A DNA stretch of 29,042 nt from a candidate division WOR-3 bacterium (GTDB lineage Bacteria; Hydrothermota; Hydrothermia; Hydrothermales; Hydrothermaceae): contig JBDRZF010000001.1 of NCBI GenBank assembly GCA_039803805.1, forward strand, positions 1 to 29,042, read 5' to 3'. The stretch's first letter is position 1; every line of letters begins with the position of its first letter. The notes beneath the pieces are model-generated. The model was given only the letters and a program-made list of their open reading frames with translations, was not told the origin of the DNA and did no database searches. The position numbers and the translations under genes were made by a program. Positions 8,601 through 16,082 of the stretch are shown piece after piece.

Positions 8601-9596
8601 ATGAGGTATAATGCACGCCTTTTTGGAGGAATATTTTTTATACTTCTTTTTATATTTTTAATAATTGAATCTCCATGGTCAAAAAGAATAAGGGCACCAA
8701 AAAAAATAAAAATTACTGATTTTAAAATTTCTGATATTGCAAGGATTGAAATGAAATCAAAGGATAAGGAATTTATCCTTACAAAGAAAGATGAAAAATG
8801 GTTCTTACAGAGATATGATACAATATTCTTACCTGTTGATTCATCAAGGATTGATAGAACATTAAAGGCTTTTGAAAATCTGGAAGGTGAAGTTGTTGGG
8901 ACAAATCCAAAAGATTTTAATCTATATCAGGTTGAAGAGGAAAATGGAATTCATATAAAGGCTTATAATGCAAAGGGGAACACACTCCTTGACTTTTTTG
9001 TAGGTAAAATGGGTCCAGATTTTTCATCAAACTATGTAAGATTGAATAATAAAAATGAAATTGTCCTTGTTGAAAAATATATAAGGGGTGATTTTCCCCT
9101 TTATAAGTTGAGTTGGATAGATAAAAGACTTACAAATTTTAAGGCCGAAGATGTTGTTAAATTCAAGCATAATTTTGGTGAAAATTTTGTTGTTGTTAAA
9201 AAGGATGGAAGGTTTTATTTTGAAAATGATACTGTAAAACTTGATTCAACAAGAACAATTCAGTATTTAAGGATGATAAGCAATATAATTGCAATGGATA
9301 TTATTGATACGATAAGTATAAAAGATGCGGGTCTTTTAGAGCCAGCAGGAATTTTTGATATTGAAATGAAGGATGGCACATATCATTCTATAATATTCGG
9401 AAACAATACAGGAGAAGGTGGTGTATATTATGTAACAAATAAAAATAAAAAATATGTTTATACATTGAGCAAAACATATGTTGATAATGCATTAAAGAAA
9501 ACAAAAGATTACTTCTTAGGAAAAACAGAAGGACCTGAAATCATTGAAAAACCATTTAAAAAATTTGGAAAACCCAAAAAACCTTTAAAAAAATAA
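8601..9596 (+). CDS. DUF4340-domain periplasmic protein
   Basis: N-terminal TM anchor and two internal repeats of the '...W...VD..RI...L..F..L' type. Occupies the typical fourth-gene position after gldG. Confidence 0.7.
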   Translation: MRYNARLFGGIFFILLFIFLIIESPWSKRIRAPKKIKITDFKISDIARIEMKSKDKEFILTKKDEKWFLQRYDTIFLPVDSSRIDRTLKAFENLEGEVVGTNPKDFNLYQVEEENGIHIKAYNAKGNTLLDFFVGKMGPDFSSNYVRLNNKNEIVLVEKYIRGDFPLYKLSWIDKRLTNFKAEDVVKFKHNFGENFVVVKKDGRFYFENDTVKLDSTRTIQYLRMISNIIAMDIIDTISIKDAGLLEPAGIFDIEMKDGTYHSIIFGNNTGEGGVYYVTNKNKKYVYTLSKTYVDNALKKTKDYFLGKTEGPEIIEKPFKKFGKPKKPLKK

Positions 9597-9815
9597 GTAA
9601 TTTTTATTTTCCTTTTTTATTTCTTCATAATAATAATAGAAATTCCCATTTTCATCAATCCAGTAAAGAGTTAAAAAATTTTTATTATCCCAAAACCTTA
9701 TTTTTATTTTAAGAATTTCGCTCTCTTTAATAATATTAACAATCCTTTCAAACCTTGTTTCTTCACTATTTAAAATTGTTATACCTATAAAAAGAATTAT
9801 AAAAATTTTATTCAT
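9585..9815 (-). CDS. Small exported hypothetical protein (76 aa), possibly truncated
   Basis: ATGA overlap with the stop of the T9SS-cargo gene and a signal-like N-terminus MNKIFIILFIGITILNS. The 3' end overlaps the DUF4340 gene by 12 nt. Confidence 0.5.
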   Translation of the reverse strand: MNKIFIILFIGITILNSEETRFERIVNIIKESEILKIKIRFWDNKNFLTLYWIDENGNFYYYYEEIKKENKNYLFF

Positions 9816-11638
9816 TTTAACACCTTTATAAAAGCAATCTTTGAAATTTTTTTATAACTCTTTGTTTTTAAATAAGAAAAGTAAATACCAGAGAATAATT
9901 TTTTGCTGCTTATGTTAAAAATATGCTCACCTTTTGAAAGAAAACCATTATAAATATCTTCAACTTTTCTACCTGAAACATCATAAAGTTTTAAAGAAAT
10001 CTCATCCTGCTCTGGTAAAGAAAGATATAAATATAGATTTCCCAGGCTAAAATAAGGATAAAATTTGAGAACATAATTTGTATCAGGCGGATTTGTATCA
10101 GGAATAACTGTATCTGCCTGATAGATACAGAGAAGATCCCTATGAGCATAGATGTAATAATTTTTATAAATAATTGGGAAGAAACGGCTTGGCTCACATG
10201 TGGGGAATTCAGGAAGTAATGTGGTATCAAAAACTATTCCATTTAAAGAATTGAAAACATAAATATAATCTACATTTGCCAGCCAACCTACTCCATTTTT
10301 TGTAAACAATGGAGAATTAGCTTCTCCACCATTTGTATCCTTTGGGCTTAAATAAATATCAAAATATAAATCCCCTGTCCTTGAATCGAAACATTTAAGC
10401 CTTGAAAAGATTGTGTCACCAGCACCATATTCTCCATAAGAAACCCATATTTTTTTATTATAAAAATGGACAGGAATCCAAAGAGGGTGAGGAAAGCCGA
10501 TTATTTTTAATTGTGGAATGCCTGAAAATAAATTCACTCCAAATAATGTATCATAGGCAAAAAAGAAAACTTTATTGTCATGAATAGAGAGTTCTCCAAT
10601 TTCAAAGGGTGCCTCAAAATTCCATAAAGGGTTACCTGTTAAAGCATCTATTGCATTTAAAACATTGTTGGGGTATGCATGATAAATTCTCTCATTGTAA
10701 TATGCAGGTGAATAAAAACCATCAGAAGAAACTGACCATAAAAATTTACCCCTGTAAGTAAATAAACAAATATTCTTATCACACCTCCGAACATAAACAA
10801 AAGTATCCACTACAACAGGTTGATATTGAATAGTCCGTAATATTTTTGCCCATTTTAAATTTCCTGTAAATGGGTCAAGAGCATAAAAAGTTGTATCTGA
10901 ATCAGGAGTAAAACCTATACAGGTGCCAACAAAGAGAATTGAATCACCCTCACAAAGTCCGGAAGTCATCGTATTTGCTGTAACAATTCTTTCCCATAGA
11001 ATTTCACCTGTTTTAATATCAAAGGCACAGATAACATTTAAATCATGAGGAGGATCAGGCAAAAAAAGCATATCATGAGCTATACAACCGGAAACTTCGG
11101 TAATCTGTGCACCTGAACCTTCCCAGTTCTTCATCCATTTAAAATTAAGCGGTGGATATAAAGGAAAAGGGTAATAACCACTATGTTGAGCATCATAACC
11201 ACTCATTCTCCATGCATACTTATCAGGTCCCTGATAAGTTTTTATAAAAGAAGGATTTATATAATGCCCTTTTTCTATCTCAACTAAATTTTCTTTTTTA
11301 AAAGATTTTTCTTTAATTAAAAAATCAGCAATTTGAAGATTTCTACCTGAAATAAAATACTCCTTTTTACTTTTATCAATATAAAATACAATTAATTTCA
11401 AATTCCCATCTTTCCTCCATTTCTTCTTTGTAACCCATATGAACTTGTCTTTTAAATCTTTCTCAAAATCAGAATTTCTATACTCTCCAACAATATAATT
11501 CTTACCCCTATATTCATAAATTAATTCTATTTTTGAAACTCCTTTTCCTAAATGATAATCTATTTTAACACCTGTTGAATCAGGAGATAAATAACCTTTT
11601 ACATAAAAATTAAAGAGAAATATTATTAATAAGTTCAT
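9812..11638 (-). CDS. PQQ-like (BamB-type) beta-propeller protein with C-terminal T9SS type A sorting domain
   Basis: WRMSGYDAQHSGY start motif; repeats AFDIKTGEILWE, ALDPFTGNLKW, AIDALTGNPLW, CFDSRTGDLYF; Pro/Asp/Thr linker; CTD LKLYDVSGRKV...LFSGIYFSYL...KISKIAFIK. Confidence 0.8.
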   Translation of the reverse strand: MNLLIIFLFNFYVKGYLSPDSTGVKIDYHLGKGVSKIELIYEYRGKNYIVGEYRNSDFEKDLKDKFIWVTKKKWRKDGNLKLIVFYIDKSKKEYFISGRNLQIADFLIKEKSFKKENLVEIEKGHYINPSFIKTYQGPDKYAWRMSGYDAQHSGYYPFPLYPPLNFKWMKNWEGSGAQITEVSGCIAHDMLFLPDPPHDLNVICAFDIKTGEILWERIVTANTMTSGLCEGDSILFVGTCIGFTPDSDTTFYALDPFTGNLKWAKILRTIQYQPVVVDTFVYVRRCDKNICLFTYRGKFLWSVSSDGFYSPAYYNERIYHAYPNNVLNAIDALTGNPLWNFEAPFEIGELSIHDNKVFFFAYDTLFGVNLFSGIPQLKIIGFPHPLWIPVHFYNKKIWVSYGEYGAGDTIFSRLKCFDSRTGDLYFDIYLSPKDTNGGEANSPLFTKNGVGWLANVDYIYVFNSLNGIVFDTTLLPEFPTCEPSRFFPIIYKNYYIYAHRDLLCIYQADTVIPDTNPPDTNYVLKFYPYFSLGNLYLYLSLPEQDEISLKLYDVSGRKVEDIYNGFLSKGEHIFNISSKKLFSGIYFSYLKTKSYKKISKIAFIKVLK

Positions 11639-11643
11639 ATTTA

Positions 11644-11672
11644 ATTATAAAAAAAATTGAAAAAAAAGTCAA
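11644..11672 (-). promoter_or_regulatory. sigma70 promoter driving a leaderless transcript (TTGACT-17-TATAAT-5-ATG)
   Basis: Hexamers at 11672-11667 and 11649-11644. The ATG at 11638 sits at the expected +1, and there is no SD. Confidence 0.75.
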
Positions 11673-11711
11673 TTAAATGTAAAATACCATTTTAAACTAA
11701 GAAATTGCTCT

Positions 11712-12572
11712 TTAGTGAAACTTAATTTTTAAATATGCTTCCTTTGCTCTATAAGAACTTCTTACAAAAACTCCTGATGCAACAAAATTAAAACCCATAT
11801 CATATCCTATTTTTTCAAATTCTTTAAATTCTTCTGGCTTATAATATTTTACCACAGGTAAATTTTTCCTTGTTGGCTGTAAATACTGACCTATTGTTAT
11901 TATTTCACATCCTGCATTTTTTATATCTTCCATCGTTTTTATTATCTCCTCTTTTTCTTCTCCAAGCCCAACCATTATTGAACTCTTTGTTATCATCTTT
12001 TCATCTATTTCCTTTATCTTTCTTAAAACTTCCAAACTCTTTTCATATCCTGCCCTTTTATCCCTTACAATTTTTGTAAGTCTTTCAACAACTTCAACAT
12101 TATGGGCAATCACATCAGGTTTTGCTTCAATAACTTTTTTTAAGGAAAGAGTTTTTGAATTGAAATCGGGAATTAAAATTTCAACCTTTACATCTTTATT
12201 TATCTCTTTTATCCTTTTCACAGTTTCTGCAAAATGACCTGCTCCACCATCATCTAAATCATCCCTTGTAACAGATGTTATAACAGCATATTCAATTTTA
12301 AGTTCATTTATTGCCTTTGCAACCCTTAAAGGTTCTTCTTTATCAAGAGGCTGTGGTTTTCCCTTTTTTACAGAACAAAACCTGCAATTCCGTGTGCATA
12401 TATTCCCCATTATCATTATTGTTGCAGATTTTTCTGCCCAGCACCTGCCTAAATTTGGACAAAGTGCAGACTCACAGACAGTATTTAAAGAAAGATTTTT
12501 TAAAATTAACCTTACATTTTTAAATTCACCAAAACCCGGGAGATTTGACCTTATCCATTCTGGTTTTTTCAT
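11712..12572 (-). CDS. lipA: Lipoyl synthase
   Basis: Auxiliary-cluster motif CESALCPNLGRC, radical-SAM motif CTRNCRFC, HNVE and C-terminal VRSSY. Confidence 0.97.
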   Translation of the reverse strand: MKKPEWIRSNLPGFGEFKNVRLILKNLSLNTVCESALCPNLGRCWAEKSATIMIMGNICTRNCRFCSVKKGKPQPLDKEEPLRVAKAINELKIEYAVITSVTRDDLDDGGAGHFAETVKRIKEINKDVKVEILIPDFNSKTLSLKKVIEAKPDVIAHNVEVVERLTKIVRDKRAGYEKSLEVLRKIKEIDEKMITKSSIMVGLGEEKEEIIKTMEDIKNAGCEIITIGQYLQPTRKNLPVVKYYKPEEFKEFEKIGYDMGFNFVASGVFVRSSYRAKEAYLKIKFH

Positions 12573-13726
12573 AAAATTTTTTCATATTCCTTTAAAGTTT
12601 CCCTTGCAATAACAATCTTCTGTATCTCATTTGTCCCTTCATATATCTCTGTAACCTTTGCATCCCTGAAAAACCTTTGAACAGGGTGCTCCCTTGAATA
12701 GCCCATTGAACCGTGAATCTGTATTGCCTTTGTTGTTGCCCACATAGCAGTTTCTGAAGCAAAATATTTTGCCATTGATGCTTCCTTTGTAAATTTTTCC
12801 CCCTTTTGTTTCTTCCATGCAGCATAATATGTTAAAAGTCTTGAAGCCCTTATTCTTGTTTCCATTTCAGCAATATAAAAGGCTATTGCCTGATGCTCTA
12901 TTATAGGAACACCAAATGCAACCCTTTCCCTTCCAAATTTTATTGAATATTCAAGGGCTGCCTGAGCAATACCAACTGCTTGTGCAGCAATCCCTATCCT
13001 TCCTGCATCAAGTATGCTCATCGCAATCTTAAATCCTTCACCTTCTTCCCCTAACCTGTTTTCTAAAGGTATCCTATAATTTTCAAAGGTTATTTCACAG
13101 GAATGGGCACTCCTTATCCCGAGTTTTTTTTCAGGTGGTGATTTTATCAACCCTGGAAGAGAACAGTCAGCAATAAAGCAGGTAATACCCCTATGCTTTT
13201 TCTCCTTATCAGTAACTGCAAAAACTAAAATATAATCTGCTTCAGGTCCATTTGTAACCCATACCTTCTTCCCATTTATTATATACTCATTCCCCTCTTT
13301 TCTTGCTGTTGTTAATAGATTTGAAGCATCAGAACCTGCTTGTGGTTCTGTTAATGCAAATGCACCAAGTTTCTCTCCTCTTGCAAGAGGAATTAAGAAT
13401 TTTCTTTTTTGCTCTTCATTTCCAAACTTATAAAGCCCATAACAGACAAGTGAATTATTAACAGATACTATTACACCATGGGCAGGACATACCCTTGAAA
13501 GTTCCTCAATTGCTATTACATAACTTATTGAATCTGTTCCTGCCCCTCCATATTCCTCTGGAATCTCCATTCCAAGAAAACCAAGTTCCGCAAGTTTTTT
13601 TATTGTTTCCCTAGGAAATCTTTCCTCCTCATCATTCTTATCAGCAATCTTTAAAATTTCTTTTTCTGCAAAATCCCTTATTGTATCCCTTATCATCTTA
13701 TGTTCTTCTTTTAATTCAAAATCCAT
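12569..13726 (-). CDS. Acyl-CoA dehydrogenase (short/branched-chain type)
   Basis: FALTEPQAGSDA, NGKKVWVTNG, KLGIRSA, LDAGRIGIAAQAVG, QIHGSMGY and IYEGTNEIQ (catalytic Glu at the SCAD/MCAD position). AGGAGG SD. Confidence 0.93.
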   Translation of the reverse strand: MDFELKEEHKMIRDTIRDFAEKEILKIADKNDEEERFPRETIKKLAELGFLGMEIPEEYGGAGTDSISYVIAIEELSRVCPAHGVIVSVNNSLVCYGLYKFGNEEQKRKFLIPLARGEKLGAFALTEPQAGSDASNLLTTARKEGNEYIINGKKVWVTNGPEADYILVFAVTDKEKKHRGITCFIADCSLPGLIKSPPEKKLGIRSAHSCEITFENYRIPLENRLGEEGEGFKIAMSILDAGRIGIAAQAVGIAQAALEYSIKFGRERVAFGVPIIEHQAIAFYIAEMETRIRASRLLTYYAAWKKQKGEKFTKEASMAKYFASETAMWATTKAIQIHGSMGYSREHPVQRFFRDAKVTEIYEGTNEIQKIVIARETLKEYEKIL

Positions 13727-13738
13727 TTTAAACCTCCT

Positions 13739-14521
13739 TTAAATTTCAAGAAAATCAGTCCCCTTATAAAAGCCCGGCTTTTTATTTAAAAGCCATTTTG
13801 CAATCCTTAATGCACCACTTGCAAATATCTCCCTTGAATAACATATATGAGAAATTTCTATTCTTTCTCCTTCCTTTCCAAAAAATATCCTATGTTCACC
13901 AACAATATCACCCATCCTTATTCCAAATATACCAATTTCGTCCTTTTCTCTTAAAGAAAAGCCTTCCCTTCCAAAAACCCTTTTTAATTTTCTTTGACTT
14001 CCTTTTTCAATAATATCAGCAAAACTCAAAGCAGTTCCTGAAGGTGCATCCTTTTTACCTTTATGATGGAATTCAACTATTTCAAAATCATAGTCTCTTA
14101 AAAACTTTGAAATTATTTCTGTTATATAAAATAAAACATTTATCCCAAAACTCATATTTGAAGACCAGTATAAGGGGATTATTTTACCTGTTTTTTCAAA
14201 TTCAACAAAATCTTCATCTTTAATCCCTGTTGTTCCTGTAAGATATGGCTTTTTTATTTCCCTCATTTTTATTATATGTTCAATTGTTGCAGAAGGGTTT
14301 GTAAATTCAATTCCAATATCTGCATTTTCCATTGCCTTTTCAAAATCATCTGTTAAAATAATTCCAATTTTTTCCTTGAAAACTATTTCTCCATAATCCT
14401 TTCCAATCAAATCGTGTCCTTTTACTTCACATGCCCCGACTATCTCTATATTCTCCTTTCTTGCAACCTTTGCTATCATCTTCCCCATTCTTCCACAGGC
14501 ACCAATTATTGCAATTTTCAT
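13739..14521 (-). CDS. dapB: 4-hydroxy-tetrahydrodipicolinate reductase
   Basis: GACGRMG nucleotide-binding motif, GTTG, SSNMSFG, EFHHKGKKDAPSGTAL and RMGDIVGEH. Confidence 0.95.
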   Translation of the reverse strand: MKIAIIGACGRMGKMIAKVARKENIEIVGACEVKGHDLIGKDYGEIVFKEKIGIILTDDFEKAMENADIGIEFTNPSATIEHIIKMREIKKPYLTGTTGIKDEDFVEFEKTGKIIPLYWSSNMSFGINVLFYITEIISKFLRDYDFEIVEFHHKGKKDAPSGTALSFADIIEKGSQRKLKRVFGREGFSLREKDEIGIFGIRMGDIVGEHRIFFGKEGERIEISHICYSREIFASGALRIAKWLLNKKPGFYKGTDFLEI

Positions 14522-14523
14522 TT

Positions 14524-15600
14524 TTAATAACTTGTTATCTCTTTAAATTTTTTCTCATCAAATTCCTTTAAAAAGTTTATACAAAGATTTAATGCATTAT
14601 CAAAATCCTTTCTATGTATCATTGAATTAAAACCATGAACATACCTTGAGGGTATCCCTATTATACTTGATGGAACACCTTCCTTAAAAAGATGAACCCT
14701 TCCTGTATCATATCCACCTCTTATAACTGTTACAAGATGATATTTAATCTTATACTTTTCAGCAACCTTAACAAGAAAATCCCTTAATTTTTTATGAGAA
14801 ACCATTGTATAATCAAGGGAAACAATTGCAGCACCTCCTCCAAGTTTTGCCTCTGTTTCTGTTTTTGCACCGGGTGTATCCTCTGTTAATGATACATCAA
14901 GGGCAATAGCAATATCAGGTTCAAAAACCCATGGAGATGTTGCAGCACCTCTTAAACCAACTTCTTCCTGAACTGTTGCAACAAAATAGGCAGTTCCCGG
15001 TATTTTTTTATTCTTTATTTCTTCTAAAATTCTTATTAAAAGAGCACATCCAACCCTATCATCAAATGCCTTTGCCATATAAATATTTTTATTTCCAAGA
15101 ATCTTGAATTCAGAAACAGGAATAATAGGATCCCCTATCTTTATTCCGAGTTTTTTCTGAGGATCAAATTTTTTCTCTTCAACACCAAAATCTATATAAA
15201 GGTCATCAATATCCGGCAACTTTTGAGCCTCTTCTTTCTTTAAAAGATGAGGTGGAACTGCTCCAATAACCCCATAAAACTCACCTTTATCAGTTTTAAC
15301 TTTAACCCTCTGCCCTATAAGTGTTGCTGACCACCATCCACCTAATGGAGCAAATTTAACATATCCCTTTGTAAATCCCTTAACCATTAAACCTATTTCA
15401 TCCATATGAGCAAAAAAACCAATTCTTGGTCTTTCTTTTTCTCCTTTTTTAACAGCAATTATTGAACCAAGTTTATCATATAGAATTTCATCTGCAAATT
15501 TTTTAAATTCATTCTTTATAATTTCTCTCACCTCATCCTCAAAACCTGGAAGTCCTGAGGCTTCTGTTATATCCTTTAAAAGTTTTTCAGTCCTATCCAC
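14524..15600 (-). CDS. M42-family (TET-like) aminopeptidase
   Basis: Dinuclear-site motifs AHMDEIG, AFDDRVG, QEEVGLRGA, ALDV and RYVHG. GTG start with GGAGG SD. Confidence 0.92.
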   Translation of the reverse strand: MDRTEKLLKDITEASGLPGFEDEVREIIKNEFKKFADEILYDKLGSIIAVKKGEKERPRIGFFAHMDEIGLMVKGFTKGYVKFAPLGGWWSATLIGQRVKVKTDKGEFYGVIGAVPPHLLKKEEAQKLPDIDDLYIDFGVEEKKFDPQKKLGIKIGDPIIPVSEFKILGNKNIYMAKAFDDRVGCALLIRILEEIKNKKIPGTAYFVATVQEEVGLRGAATSPWVFEPDIAIALDVSLTEDTPGAKTETEAKLGGGAAIVSLDYTMVSHKKLRDFLVKVAEKYKIKYHLVTVIRGGYDTGRVHLFKEGVPSSIIGIPSRYVHGFNSMIHRKDFDNALNLCINFLKEFDEKKFKEITSY

Positions 15601-15613
15601 AATTTCCTCCTTT

Positions 15614-15994
15614 TTAAAATTTTTTCTTTAAAAAAAATTTAAAACTTTCTTTATCTATTAAAAAGGATAAATTTAAAGTTGTATCCTTTGGGAAATTATA
15701 AAAATGGGCTGAAACATAGGCATCGGCAATTGAATATATATGAACCATAAGATAAATTATTCCATTATACAAAATTTTCCTTTCATATGTTGTGTCAGGA
15801 ATCCTTTCTTCTTTTCTTAAATCATAAATTCTTTTAAATTCATGAATAAGATAAATTTCAGTTGCTCCAATTAAAGCACCTTTAATATAATTCTTTGTAT
15901 AGAACTGACCCCCACCTGGAAATAAAAAGGAGAGCCATGCTGAAAGAACAGGGGATTTAGAATAAAGAAAAAGGATAAGGATTAATTTTGTCAT
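15614..15994 (-). CDS. Small membrane protein, TM2/DUF5683-like
   Basis: Motif KSPVLSAWLSFLFPGGGQFYTKNYIKG...SIADAY. Start moved to ATG 15994 because the track's TTG at 16033 coincides with a -35 hexamer. Confidence 0.7.
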   Translation of the reverse strand: MTKLILILFLYSKSPVLSAWLSFLFPGGGQFYTKNYIKGALIGATEIYLIHEFKRIYDLRKEERIPDTTYERKILYNGIIYLMVHIYSIADAYVSAHFYNFPKDTTLNLSFLIDKESFKFFLKKKF

Positions 15995-16003
15995 TAGAAT
16001 ATT

Positions 16004-16033
16004 ATTATAAACAAATCTATAAGATTTATACAA
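16004..16033 (-). promoter_or_regulatory. Putative sigma70 promoter for the DUF5683-M42-dapB-ACAD-lipA operon (TTGTAT-18-TATAAT)
   Basis: Hexamers at 16033-16028 and 16009-16004. The ATG is 9 nt downstream with no SD. Confidence 0.55.
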
Positions 16034-16046
16034 TCCAAAATTAATT

Positions 16047-16073
16047 AGAAACCGTTTTTTATTTCTAATTGTC
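16047..16073 (+). promoter_or_regulatory. Candidate ECF-sigma promoter for the TonB-dependent receptor (AGAAAC-N17-TGTC), overlapping a 9-bp inverted repeat
   Basis: Resembles the TGAAAC-N16/17-CGTA/CGTC consensus with a T-rich spacer. IR AATTAGAAA (16043-16051) / TTTCTAATT (16062-16070). Confidence 0.45.
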
Positions 16074-16082
16074 TAAAATAAT

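Noticed and set aside
9570-9600. Possible frameshift extending the 76-aa ORF at the A-tract near 9587-9593
   Set aside because: Any extension would run antisense through an intact DUF4340 gene, and there is no evidence for a continuing product.
11695-11716. Weak hairpin CTAAGA...TCTTTAG at the lipA 3' end as a terminator
   Set aside because: The stem is short, bulged and AT-rich with no clear U-tract. I could not support any intrinsic terminator in this window.
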